Of a stretch of 64,000 bases of DNA, positions 1-12,050 are shown one piece after another (the first letter of the stretch is position 1; every line of letters starts with the position of its first letter). Under the pieces are notes generated by a model. The model saw only the letters and a list, made by a program, of their open reading frames with translations. It did no database searches and was not told the origin of the DNA. Position numbers and translations under genes: made by a program. Source of the DNA: Paecilomyces variotii. Its lineage: Eukaryota. The stretch is from the NCBI GenBank assembly GCA_004022145.1, contig RCNU01000006.1; one strand, written 5' to 3'.

Positions 1-189
1 GAGATGTTAACTCGACCCGGTATCAAACTCAACTAGAGCACCTACCATGAAATGACAAAACACAAGTCTGTCAGTGGTATTTGCCCTAGGAGACAGGCGG
101 TCAAAGGTGACTGTCATAGGGACCGCAGCGACTATCATGGTGAGGCACTGGAGTAGTATCATGAGAGAACATCCTAAATGGATCTTCAT
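1..189 (-). CDS. mutA: Secreted alpha-1,3-glucanase (mutanase), glycoside hydrolase family 71; 5' end only, gene continues off the left edge
   Basis: Exon 1 (189..46) reads MKIHLGCSLMILLQCLTMIVAAVP...RANTTDRLVFCHFM: signal peptide followed by the GH71 N-terminal motif DRLVFCHFM; GTAGGT donor at 45 and a TTAAC branch-like site near 6-10. Confidence 0.8.
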
Positions 190-325
190 CTTGACAGAAG
201 AATAAGCGAGGTACGTGACCCCGAAACTCGAATGCAGAATGATTCAACAAAAACAGTGGATAAAGGTTCAGAAGTCTTGATCCTTTACTGGAGAATTCAG
301 CGATAAAATAAACGAGCGTGAAGAT

Positions 326-383
326 GGGTGCGTCAGAGAGTGACTCAGTTCAATGGGTGTGTCAAAGAGTGACTGAGTTCAAT
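326..383. repeat. 29-bp tandem duplication (2 copies, 3 mismatches) upstream of the GH71 gene
   Basis: gggtgcgtcagagagtgactcagttcaat (326-354) followed by gggtgtgtcaaagagtgactgagttcaat (355-383). Confidence 0.85.
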
Positions 384-2456
384 TCTTTGTGCGTAGGTTG
401 CTCCTTCCTGGGAGAGATTGCTTTATCAGACTGATCACCGAGGACATCCTTAAGGCTTCCTTCATATTAGTACGAGGTCGCTTCTCCTTTATATGTATAT
501 GTCCCTGTCATATTGGGCATCTGTAGCTTGATTGCATAGGATGTAAGCAAAAGTGCAACTCCACAGCGTGACTGTAGCCAAGCACATCATGGGGCACCTG
601 GGGATTGATCCTTGCCGTACAGAGTAGCATTTGTCGATGTCGCATCATAAAAAGGAGAGAGTGTATATCCTGTCACCATCCAAAGAAAGACTGTGTAAAA
701 GAATGGACGGACGATCGATTCATTGTTTGTCCAATTGCCAACAAGAACTCTTATGTTTCGAAAGAACCACGGGGCCACCCCGGTCAACTGCATCGGTCAG
801 TGCTGATTCCTGACAACTGTCCAGAGGAGGGCAACCTTACAGTGATCGTTCCAGATTCACCGCCTGATAAATCGCGCAATTCACATGGTACAGATTTTCT
901 GCTACGATGTACCAAAAGATGGCATAACGACATGTCTTTAGTAGGTAGGTAGACATTTACAATCACTTCAAACATAAACAAGTTGGGGAATTTCATTGTT
1001 TGGAAAATGGTCTCACATTCTAGTTCTTTGTGCACTAAACCATTTCGAACAATGGAATGTAGCGTGTTTTGGTATCAGACAAGGCTTTTTCCCGAACTAT
1101 GGATAATCAGGTGAGACAACGCTTAGGGTTTCGGGTACTTTGATCCTCGATGGCTTGGTAATGTTATTCTAGGTAGCATGTTAACATATGGAAGTACTGG
1201 ATCAAGTATCCGGGTCGATTTCTGAGATATCTTATTACTAGTTACGTGGACCTTGGAGGTCATGCGAAGTCAAAGTCCCCTTGGCCCGGCACCATGTGGT
1301 TGGTTTAAAGGCCGTTAGGCCCGATCTCATGTTTTAACTCTAACCCCGGAATCCAAGCCATAGATCGTGCATGGCTCTCTCGGGAACGCCGTCCATGCGG
1401 CGATGTCAGCAGACAGCCTTACTGTCGTCAACTGGCGCTTCAGTAGTATATGATTGGAGATCTTATTGTCGACAGGGACCCAAACCTCCTCCAGTAGATA
1501 TGCTTACCTCGATAAACCCTAAGCGCGCAGCCCTGTATTCTAAGTCATGCTCTACTTCAGATGCTACGCTCACACATTTTTAACGCGCAAAAGGTTTCCA
1601 TCAGACGAGCACCCCCAGAATTTGGTTATCCCGCGGCTTCAAGTAAGCATTGCATCCACTATGCAACATATGTTGAGAAGAATAGCCTGTGACCGAAACA
1701 TCATCTGGACTCTACAGACGGACCATAGAACACCATCCACAGGTTATTTACCTTGAAGATGTTTTCCCATTTCATCGGTTTGCATGGGTCAGAGCGCCAT
1801 CCCCATATATGTGGATCATGACCGTCAGTTTTAGAAGATGAACATCTGTAAGCCAGAACCACAGATGGATACTAGATGAATTGAACGAATCTTAATATAT
1901 CCGGTTTCCGTCAACCAACCGTGTCGTGCGCTATCGCCGGTGAGATTGGTAACCCGGACTAGGTACTATATTGGTGGAGCCAGTCGTGCGGTTTGATGCG
2001 AGTCATAGCTACTCTAAGCTGGACTGGTTGAAACTTCCAGTCTTACACGTAACTCGCAGTAAAGTACAGTAGTAGAGGCGGGGAAAGTGTCTTCGTCTTG
2101 GACTGAGTTCTGATTGGCGAGCCCCGCGTCATTGGAATGCCATTCAATAGCACGCCCATGAGCGGAGAAATAGCTGATGATCGGGCGAGCGTAATTAGGC
2201 CGCTTAGGAAGATCAGACAGGCTTCTCCTCATTTTTTGGAAATCATTGCATCAGGAGAAAGAAGAGATATGGTAACATGTGAAAGTGGACAGTGGATCTC
2301 CTCAGCGGTTGGGAGCAGATGTTTCTATGAAATTAAGCGTTTGTATGACTGACTTCCAGAAAGTATCTATCTGAAAATGATCGGGTGCAAATAAAGGCAG
2401 AATCTGGGCTCATATACCGTAGTCTACTCATGAGTAGCAGATCAACGCTGCTAACT

Positions 2457-3673
2457 CTATAGCACTGCAAACGCAGACACATAACTCACAGAGCTATCTG
2501 ATACGGATACCACGTCTTCACTCCGCTCATATCGAACAAAGCGGAACTTGCCGTTCGCGGATTTGGAATTGGGGCCCAGCTGCTCTAGGGCTGCCATGAT
2601 CACACCTATCGGGTGTCGCCCACACACGGTGTTCCCTGTCTGGTGAATCACGTCGAGGAACTTCTCTGCCTTGCCGGTAGTTATGGCCGCCATAGTTGCA
2701 ATGTCAAACGCGGAGATGCTCTCGTGGATCGCTGGTTCTGCAGAGCTGATGCGGTCCCGGTGGTGCAGGTGGTGGCCAGCAGACACCGACTGGATCTGCT
2801 CTTCTACCTTTTCAAGATCTGGGTATGGCTGCGGGAGGGAATCATAGGACAGTGGAAGATTTGGCCCTGGTGTTGGCGCTTGTGGGACGTAGTACGTATA
2901 ACGGAAACGAAGTCCCCAATGACAGAAGTCAGAGCTTATGATAAAGGCATTTGACGGATCCTGAAGATAAGGAGCAAGAAGCGCTCCGAATGCTTGCTCC
3001 GTCGATGCTGAAGTACTTCCAACCATGATTGGTACCAGGGGTGGGTACTGAGAGGCCGGCTTGTCTGGATATTGAAGTTGAAGAAGACGATGGATGTAGG
3101 GTAGATGGAGTTCGAGACTATGTTCCGCTTCATCAACGGAACGTGACATCGTTGTGAAGCTGACCGTGGACCCATTCGGCTTAACTGCTTTGGAGGATAA
3201 GAGCTTCGTGATCAGATCCGTATCAAGCGGCAGAGGCTCGTCAGAAAGCGGGGTGGAGTAGGATGACATCTGGGACAACGCCAGCGTCGAGAGCGGATGA
3301 TGATGAGAGGGTCCCAGGAGGAAGATCCGTTTACTGTCGGAGGCATCTTTAGAGAAGGAATTCTATCCTGAGTTTGAACTCTTTCTATGACTTACGCCTT
3401 CGAGAGATCTAGTGCCTTGTATGCATACGCAGCGCAGGGTCCCGAGTATGCATATCCAGCATGGCTTGAAAGATGTTAGTATATATCTCTACAAAGTAAA
3501 TAGCGTCCAGTAACTCACGGGGCGATGATTACACGGGCGCCAGGAAGTGGCAGCGAGCCGAGTCCCTCTATCTGGTCAGGAACCTGGGCAAGCCAATGGT
3601 CCAGCTGACGGCTCAATGTCCGAGAGTTGTCAGAATACCAAGACCCCGCATGGGATGCTTCCCTGGAAGGCAT
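2457..3673 (-). CDS. MEMO1: MEMO1/Mho1 family protein (Memo-like, class III non-heme dioxygenase fold), 3 exons, 366 aa
   Basis: Exons 3673-3519, 3464-3396, 3333-2457 join in frame; motifs REASHAGSWY, IIAPHAGYAYSG, GPSHH, EHSLELHLPY, ISSDFCHWG, NTVCGRHPI, SSVSYVS. Confidence 0.95.
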
Positions 3674-4445
3674 TGTAAAGAAGTATTATCTGTAGCCGTC
3701 GAGATTCTCTCCTCTAACTCAGAGTTATCATGAACTAGGTGGTCCGAATGGCTGACGTGATACTGCGGCGTGAAGCGTTGAGTCGACAGTCGGGAGCGGG
3801 GTGAGGTCGTCATGGTGGAGTGACTTATGCCCATGGCTTGAAGAGATACCCCGCGGCATACCGAAGACTGAATAAGTTACTACCAGATGCCCAAGGCACT
3901 TGTGTTACGGCGTGTAGTACCGACTTTACTATTTATTCCATGGGCCAAATATAGAACAATACTATATTGACGTGAACTATAGCAACTATAGCTATTACAC
4001 ACCGGTTTACGGGTAACTAGCACTTCCCCCCGCATCCGGATAATGGTCCATATTTATTTTGGCGGTTCCCATTTACATACGACGGAAATAATCTAGATTG
4101 ATTTGTATGTACAACCAATAAGAACTTATGCTATTCCCTAAATTAGAAGTCTCATTTAGTCAAAGAAGATGTGTTGGTCAGAGTTGTTCCTATCGCGTGT
4201 TCACGTAGCTTGTGGCGTAAAGTGGGAGCCTTCAGTGGCACTCTGGCGCATGACGACATACAGTGTGGACAAAACTATGGCAAGGATCGCTTGGGCGATA
4301 TCTTGGAGTTCATTCCATCTAGATATCCAGGCGCAAGGTTTCAATACAGAAGGCTTTTTATCCACGACTTAATATGTATTACATGCCCTTGAAAGAGAAG
4401 GAGTCGAGGGTAGATAAGAATTCAATTTAGCCCATCCTTGCCTAG

Positions 4446-4512
4446 CGCGTTTCTCCGCGTATGACATCGCGTTTTTGGTATCGTCAAACGCGTCTCTATC
4501 GTCGCGGCGTTT
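4446..4512 (+). promoter_or_regulatory. Cluster of MCB-like (ACGCGT/CGCGT) elements
   Basis: CGCGT at 4446, 4456, 4468, perfect ACGCGT at 4488-4493 and a further CGCG at ~4503, all within ~65 bp, 220-290 bp upstream of the ATG at 4735. Confidence 0.55.
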
Positions 4513-4734
4513 CACCCAACCATCGCTAAATTCTTGCTGCAAGAGCGTTACTGGGCCTTGTTTGCTTTGACTCCCGCAACCCATACTCAGGAGTGTCTCA
4601 TTCCTCATCCCCAGCCCTCAAGGGAACTGTACCCTTACTCTGCCGTTAGTTACACGCCTTGAGTCCTATTTATTCAGAGACAACCCTTATTCCGTGACCT
4701 TGTCTGCCATATACCCCCTGTTTTCGCAAACACA

Positions 4735-5291
4735 ATGGGCCTCAAGCGCAAAGCCTCGTTTACCGCGTCCCCCAGTGCTACTCCGGTCTCGCCTGGCGCC
4801 ATTACCACATCAGACGAAACATCCAGATATCTGCCTAGTCGAACAAGGAAGCGCTTCAGGGACGACCGCCCCGACGAGCAGACTATCTACGGTGAGTGAT
4901 ACTCTTCGTTATGCGTTCCCTCGAGGGAATGGCAAGGATCGAATATGTTCTGACTGTCAACTATTTAGCGCAAACTCTTCGTTGGCTATTCTCCGCCGCG
5001 CAGAAGCCGACTCCTACTCTTGCCGCGGACGAACCCACAAGCCCGCCTCCTCCATCAGAGCCGGAACCTATCGACGCGCGACAACAGACATTGGATAAAT
5101 TCTTCCGGCGAGTGAAAAGCGCTGCCTCTCCAGCAGTCAAGTCTACCGCTCCTCAACAAACGGAAACACCATCATCAGCCCATTGGAACATAATGAACCC
5201 CCGCGCGAATGAGGGCAATGCTCTTACGAGCTCAGATGAGAGTGGATTAAGCTCACCGAACTCGACGGTCGATATTGAAATGGATATGTGA
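4735..5291 (+). CDS. Uncharacterised fungal protein (159 aa) with basic NLS-like segments and a PIP box, 2 exons
   Basis: ATG 4735 (CACAATGG context); exons 4735-4891 and 4969-5291 with GTGAGT...CTGAC...TAG intron; MGLKRKAS...RTRKRFRDDRPDEQTIYAQTLRWLFSAAQ...RQQTLDKFFRRVK. Confidence 0.8.
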
Positions 5292-6256
5292 GAGTCTAGC
5301 AAAACGCACTCTGCGCCTCCATCACCACGCAAGTCGTGGCCGCTCCTTCACAATGGGGAGACATCAGCAGGGCTGTTGTTTTTAGTTCATGTATATTTTT
5401 GATCCCTGTCCACGCTCCTCAATGTGAACTCGCATGACCAGCTACTGCTACTGGTGCATGATATCGGTTCTTGTATAGCTGTGGTGCTTCTGAGCACTCT
5501 TAACGACTATTTGCCATTTATGAGTCTGTTTTTTTGTGGGTTATGCTGCAAGATGGAGTTTCCTGGGAGTATCTGGTGAAGGAGGTTATCTGCATAGAAG
5601 GTTTCATATTTTCGTTTATATTATATCTGACCTGTGCACTTTCGAGCGTTGTTTATTTGGGATATGGGATGGCGTTACAGGCCCTAGGCTGTTTGTTAAT
5701 ATTTGAGGGAGTTAGCTGTTAGTTGAAGAACAACGTGTGGTTCGACGGCCATACTTAAGGGAAAGATCTATCCTTGAAAACATGTTCTAAAACCATATGA
5801 AAGTTCTAGTTGTAGTCCCAATCATGATAGGAGGCGAGGCTGATTTGTTTGCGTCTGGTCAATTAAGAAATAGGCAGTAGGCATGGTAAGCATTTGAAAT
5901 TTCATCCTATCAGGATAACTGGATCACATCTTGGTTGATAGATTGCCTGTTGATGATGTGTGAAACCAGAGTGTGTCTAAGTATTACCCCACGTTCCCGA
6001 AAGTCGGACCGCGCCGCGTTCAAACCTCAAGCTCTCTCGGACTGACAACTGCCTAACCTCCCTCTATCCTTCTTAACGGGCGCGACTGAACGAGAGCTTG
6101 GAGGGTCCTTCTACGATCTTGCGTATCCTCATTGATTTCCCCTCTATTCAGACGTTCCTGGTATACTCTCCCCTCCGCAAGACAACCGTTCCTGCATTTG
6201 GTAATTCGGAGTTGCCCTCCTTCGTTGTTACCGTGCAGCGGCAAAAAGAGAGCAAC

Positions 6257-6729
6257 ATGGAGAACAGTGCAGCTGTCCAGTTCCTCGAGTCGCTTCTCGG
6301 GCGAACACTCCGCATACACACGACTGACACGCGCATGTTCGTGGGAACCTTCAAGTGCACTGACGCGGTTCGTATTCCCCGGTCTATCTGCGAAACTACT
6401 GCTACAATGGCATCGCATCCAAGCTTCCTGAGTTTGAATTCTTTTGCTGATTTATTTTTCTGCGTGAACTTCAGGATAGGAACATCATCCTCGCCGGGAC
6501 ATGTGAATACCGCTTTCCTAGCCCTTCCGCGGTTCAAGCTGCGGCTGCTGCTGCTGCATCGAAAGAAGATGAGACGCAGGTTACGAAGGCAGATACGATT
6601 AAGGTGGATATGACTAGCCGACTGATCGGCCTTGTCGTCGTACCGGGGCGATATATCACGAGGATCGAAGTGGAGGAGAATCCAGAAGAGGTTCGTCTGC
6701 GCGAGCAGCGAAAGGGAATTGCGACTTGA
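6257..6729 (+). CDS. MAK31: Sm/LSM-domain protein, NatC auxiliary subunit (Mak31/Naa38-like), 2 exons, 121 aa
   Basis: Exons 6257-6367 and 6475-6729; LLGRTLRIHTTDTRMFVGTFKCTDA|DRNIIL (Sm1) and SRLIGLVVVPGRYITRIEVE (Sm2). Confidence 0.85.
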
Positions 6730-8860
6730 CAGACGTCTGTATCACTTTGAGCCTTGTTCAAACGGGGAGCGTTCAGCGTGACCGGTTCTTCGACCGTTCT
6801 TCTGGCACATACTTGTGAGAACTGGCGGTGTCGAGCTCCTCCGGCCAGAACAACCTGGCTACTTGACGTATCTTACTACTCCGTGTCTTGCTCGCATTTC
6901 TCTACTGCGTTGCTGCGCTTCCTGCCTTGGCAACTGTGCGGGCGCGTGGACCACTCCAACCTCGGAGCTCGAGGAGGAAACAGTCCGATGCTAGTTTTTT
7001 GCTTGGCGCAGCGGAGGCATACTGCGAGTGGCACGGCGACTTTGCAGGTAGCACAAGGGCTTATCACGGCGCAGGTGGAAGAAAAGGCGATGCGGAGTGA
7101 CGAATGCGCATTGATTCAACCCGCATAAATCTGGCCAGCATTGGCGACGGGGTATTGGACGACGGACTGGACCCCTCGGGTCTAGAAGACCAAAATGGCC
7201 AGCATCTCGATTACCTCCGAACTTACAATGAGAACGGACTCGTGTAGTATCTTAATCCGCATTATTGACGGTCGAGAACGCACCAGATTCTCGTGGTTTT
7301 TTCAAGTTGGGCAGCATCGTTTCAGGACAGCCTTAGGCACCATAACCACTCTAGCCGTAGCATACGTTATCAATCTATTTATACTCCGGGGATGAGGTAA
7401 AACCAGTGGGGGTTCTGAGCATATTATTATTATTGTTGCCCCTCCAGACTCCAGAGCCCGGAGCCTCCAGAAAGCCCTGGGCGTCGTAGTGTCATCATCT
7501 GAGTGCAGCCAAGCAGAGGCAGGCAAGAACCAAGGTTCACACGCTGTTAGTTGGCTATTGCCTGGTGAATGTTGATGTCAGCGAAGGCGACAGAGCAGCG
7601 TGGCCTATGCGTTTGAGGAGGGAGTAAGACAATCGTCCCGACTGAACTCCCACTAATATCTTTTCTTTTTTCGAATTATTGTGATTTCCTTTTCCGGCGC
7701 TTGATGCCTTCGGGTATCAATTGGGAGACCTGGGAATCGATAGTGAGTCTGTGTCGAACGACAAGCGGAATCCAGAGACAGACCGACTAAGTTAGTTAAG
7801 CGCTGGCCGTCGGAAGCGGCGGGTCACGGGACGGTAGCGAGCGATCCAGACCGAAACGGACGGACTGACTGGACTTCGTTCAGCAGGACCGAAACAGCTT
7901 TGCTTCCAGCTGGAAATAATTATTACTCTATCTATCGACGCTACTCGACTCTAGCTACTACTCCAAACCTCTCCGCTCCACCCGCTGCGGACCATCCGAA
8001 CCCAGCTTCGATTTCTCATTATTTTGCCATCTTGCTGAACGTCCCGTTTCAACAGGTATTATCTTCCTCCCCTGCTCTCTTCGTAAGTCAACACCCCCCT
8101 CCTCCCTCGTCGAGGCGTTGTTGCTGCTCTGGTACGTGCGAATAATAGCCCCAAATGGCCCATCATGACATGACGCATGTCCCAGCCTCCTCTTCCCCAC
8201 AGGGCAGATGTTTGGAAAGCCTTCAATCCCCGTCCGCTCATCCGCTGTACTCTATCTGTCATTCATCTGTACACTCCCCCGTTTGTCTCCGTGGACCCCA
8301 CACCGTACTGACTTTGAATCAAGCCCTCTCGCTCTGTCCAACTGCTGGTCGACGGGCAGCTGTGCTTGCTTGCTTGCTTTTTGCACTTTGCAGTCTGTCA
8401 GACGCTGGTCGCAGAATTGTCTGCGTCAATCCAGACAGCCATCCTCCCTCTCCGGTCCAACCAGCGTTGGCACGCTCCAGCTTAGCTCGCCGCAAGTCGA
8501 GCTAATTATTGTCCGCACGGCCAGATAGTAGTCAGTCGAGAATCACATCCGCACGCTTGACCACCCTTTCTTCCCTGAGACCGCTTTGCCAGACCGTGGC
8601 CTTGCCTCCCCGGTCCTCTCTACTATCGCCCCAAATCGTCCTTGTTCGTCGAGACCGCAGCAGTATTCTGTCGTTTCAGCCGTTTATCGTGTGTTCCCTT
8701 CCACACGATCCTCCAAGCTGCGAATAACAAGTCCACTGTTGATATTGTCCTGCATATCCCATCCCGCTGCGAAGAGGGTTGCCGCCAGTTCCGTCTGTGA
8801 GCCGTAGGCGGCAGTCTATCTAGCCCCTTCTGTGCTCTGAAGCCTCCAGTTTTCCTCGCG

Positions 8861-10657
8861 ATGGGTCAGTCACAGTCCAAGAGCGGTTCACGTACGCCAA
8901 CGGGACCGGGCGACTCGCTGCAGTCGTATCCCTCGTTCTCCCGATCAGATACCAAGGAGTCTCTGCGATCGCTGCGGGGTTCCATTCGGAGCAAGATCCC
9001 TGGAGCGGGCAAGGGTGGCAGCGACAGTCCCAGGGGGTCCACGGCTGGGTTGGACACCGACAAGTCTGATGCAGGTTCAGTAAAGTCTACCAACAGCACG
9101 CGCTCAGCTCGAGCAAACAGAGCTCCGTCGAACGCATCAAGCCAAAGCCAAGCTCAGTCCCCGGGCTCTGCGGTATCCGATGCAGATGCTGTTCCAGATC
9201 CTCCTCCATCTCCTTCCCAGTCGACGTCGTTGAATCGAGGCCATAAGGATGTGGGTGCTGCACAGCAGGCAGGCGAGGTTGACCTGGTGTCCGACGCGCC
9301 CCCGTCCGTCCCCCCAATGACGCCTCTGGCCCCGGGCGAATCCATTCTCATCAAGCACGAGAATCAGCTCAACCCGATAATGCAGGAGATCCTAGCTATT
9401 GAACAGGCCAGCAACTCTCCCGGGGTGGGAATGGGAATGGGCGCATTGAAGTCGATTGATCTGGATGATATGATCTCACGTCTCCTCGATGCGGGTTATT
9501 CCACGAAAGTCACTAAAGCGGTATGCTTGAAGAATGCTGAAATCACGGCAATCTGTACTGCTGCTCGCGAGCTGTTGCTGTCCCAGCCTGCTCTGGTTGA
9601 ACTGTCTGCGCCTGTGAAGATTGTTGGTGACGTCCATGGTCAGTATACGGACCTGATCAGACTCTTCGAGATGTGCGGATTCCCACCTGCAGCAAACTAC
9701 CTCTTCCTGGGCGACTACGTCGACCGTGGTAAACAATCTCTCGAGACGATCCTTCTTTTGCTGTGCTATAAGCTCAAATACCCTGAGAACTTCTTCCTGC
9801 TCCGTGGAAACCACGAATGCGCCAATGTCACTCGCGTGTATGGTTTCTATGATGAGTGTAAGCGGCGCTGCAACATCAAGGTCTGGAAGACGTTCATCGA
9901 TACTTTCAACTGCCTCCCCATCGCATCTATCGTTGCTGGCAAGATTTTCTGTGTCCACGGTGGCCTTTCGCCTAGCCTGTCTCACATGGATGATATCCGC
10001 GGTATCGCTCGTCCCACGGACGTACCTGACTATGGTCTTCTGAATGACCTGTTGTGGAGTGATCCGGCAGATATGGAAGAAGATTGGGAACCTAATGAAC
10101 GAGGTGTGAGCTATTGCTTTGGAAAAAAGGTGATCATGGACTTCTTGCAGAAGCACGACTTTGATCTGGTGTGCCGAGCGCACATGGTTGTTGAGGATGG
10201 ATATGAATTCTACCAGGATCGAATCTTGGTCACCGTGTTTTCTGCCCCGAACGTAAGTGTTGTAACTGCTCCTTGGAGCGTTTTCCTTTCGTCGAGTCTT
10301 TGTTTGCTAACAGCGTGTTACATAGTACTGCGGTGAATTTGACAACTGGGGTGCAATCATGTCGGTTTCAGGAGAGCTTCTGTGTTCTTTCGAACTGCTG
10401 AAGCCTCTCGACTCGAGCGCCTTGAAAAGCCACATCAAGAAAGGCAGGAATAAGCGGAACAGCATGCTCAACAGTCCTGTAAGTGCCCGATCTCTTTCTC
10501 TTCTACTTTTCTCATTTCGCCAAGCTGGGGCACGCATGTCTTGTGTCACAGTGCCCAGCTTTCTGTGCACGCTTGCCATCTAGGCTTCAATCTACGGTCA
10601 TCTACAATGTTGCTTACACATTACTAGCCTGCTACGGTGTCCGCCCAGAGCTACTAA
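8861..10657 (+). CDS. ppzA: Serine/threonine protein phosphatase Z (PPP family), 3 exons, 524 aa
   Basis: Exons 8861-10252, 10326-10478, 10628-10657; N-myristoylation motif MGQSQSK, Ser-rich N-terminus, GDVHG, GDYVDRG, RGNHE, SAPN|YCGEFDN; terminal exon PATVSAQSY*. Confidence 0.95.
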
Positions 10658-10777
10658 GCCTGCCAAGTACTTGTTGCCGGAATCGTAATTTGCTATATAC
10701 CACTATCTATAGAATCTGGGCCTGGTCGTCAACGCACTATTTCTACGGGAAACGACCTGACACTTGGCTCTCTCAAG

Positions 10778-11266
10778 GCTGCTCAGCCTTCGCCGTCAAC
10801 AACAGCATCGCATATGACTCTGCGTGAGTGCACGCGCCGTTCGAGTCCTTCATCTTTCATCGCATCTTCCTTCACGGCCCAGCAGAATTCGGCTGTTCTG
10901 AGCTTGGGCGCAGAAGCTCAAGCCTCCCTTGATGCGGTGACCGCGATGAATACGATGCGAAACCACGCGACTAGGGCTGTGCATCTTGATCCCACGTTAG
11001 CTTTACCACTGCGATGCAGGATAGACTCGAAGGTGAACGTTCCGACTGACATCAACGATGAACCGGGAGTACCCCCGCAGATTCTCCCACCGTCGCTGCA
11101 TCATCATCAAACTGCTCGCCGTGAACGTGTTTGGGCCAGAAGCCAGATGGAGACCGGGTTGCAGGACGAGCTCGGGCTTGATATGCCACAGAACCATCAC
11201 GATTGGCAAGGGGACGATAGCAGCGATATATCTTTCTTTTCGGAGTACGCTGGAGTTCCATTTTAA
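10778..11266 (+). CDS. Putative alternative 3' terminal exon of ppzA (162 aa C-terminal extension)
   Basis: CTGAC branch and AAG acceptor at 10777 (second acceptor CAG at 10786); both are phase 0 and in frame with PPZ exon 2; open to TAA at 11266. Confidence 0.45.
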   Translation, partial: AAQPSPSTTASHMTLRECTRRSSPSSFIASSFTAQQNSAVLSLGAEAQASLDAVTAMNTMRNHATRAVHLDPTLALPLRCRIDSKVNVPTDINDEPGVPPQILPPSLHHHQTARRERVWARSQMETGLQDELGLDMPQNHHDWQGDDSSDISFFSEYAGVPF

Positions 11267-12050
11267 CATGTTATGACCTATGTAGACCAATCTCTTTTTT
11301 TGACGGACGGGTGCTCATGGCGCTCCCGCTTTTGTGGTCCTTTTTTTCTCTCTCTGCTGTTCTTTTCCGGTGTATGTAACGGCCATGATATCGCATATCG
11401 ATTATGCGTCTCTGGGTGCATCTGACGGTCTCGCCTGGGATTTTTATTACCCTACTATTCAACGTCGGTTTACGAAAGAAGGTGCGACAGAGGCCAATTT
11501 ATCTCTTTACTCTTCTTCAAGTACAGCTTGATGAGCTTTCTCCAATTCCCTTAGGATTTTAGGCACGCATACATACAAAAATATAATGACTAGTTCGGAA
11601 TAAGATTTATCAATTATGAGACAACGACATTAGCCTTGTAGAAGTAAGTTTGTTCTAGAGATAATATCCAGTACTGCTGCTGGCCTGTATCCCATTTCAA
11701 CTACAAGAAAGAAATCAGAACCTCGAATACATTACGTACGGACTTAAATAGTCAATGAATGAATGAGGCAAGGAATCGAATTCGATTGATCTCAGTACCT
11801 GTACCGAACACAAAATAACATAAAAAAGCCCGAAAAGAGGATATCGCAAAGATACCATTCTTGCAGCAAATTCAACCTTTGCAATAGTACTAGAACTCCC
11901 CAAAATAGACACGATTGCGCTCTCACTACATGTGTTTAGATATCATGTACGTATGTATGTATGTATGCATGTTTCATTCTGATATAACTTCTCTCTCTTT
12001 CTCTCTTTTCGTCGTCATCGTAATTGTAATCGTCATCGTTTTCACATTTA

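Noticed and set aside
1120..1522. TTAGGGTT and AACCCTAA words as a telomerase RNA template or telomeric repeat
   Set aside because: Single isolated words, not tandem, and no supporting structure recognised.
587..2352. Short ORFs between the GH71 gene and MEMO1
   Set aside because: No recognisable motifs or coherent splice structure; consistent with chance ORFs.
9476..10183. 235-aa antisense ORF
   Set aside because: Shadow of the PPZ catalytic exon; explained by sense-strand codon bias.
10483..10827. 114-aa ORF and CAG acceptor at ~10551 as the PPZ last exon
   Set aside because: No good branch site and the product looks like translated intron/UTR; the 10628 exon gives the expected PPZ-like ending.
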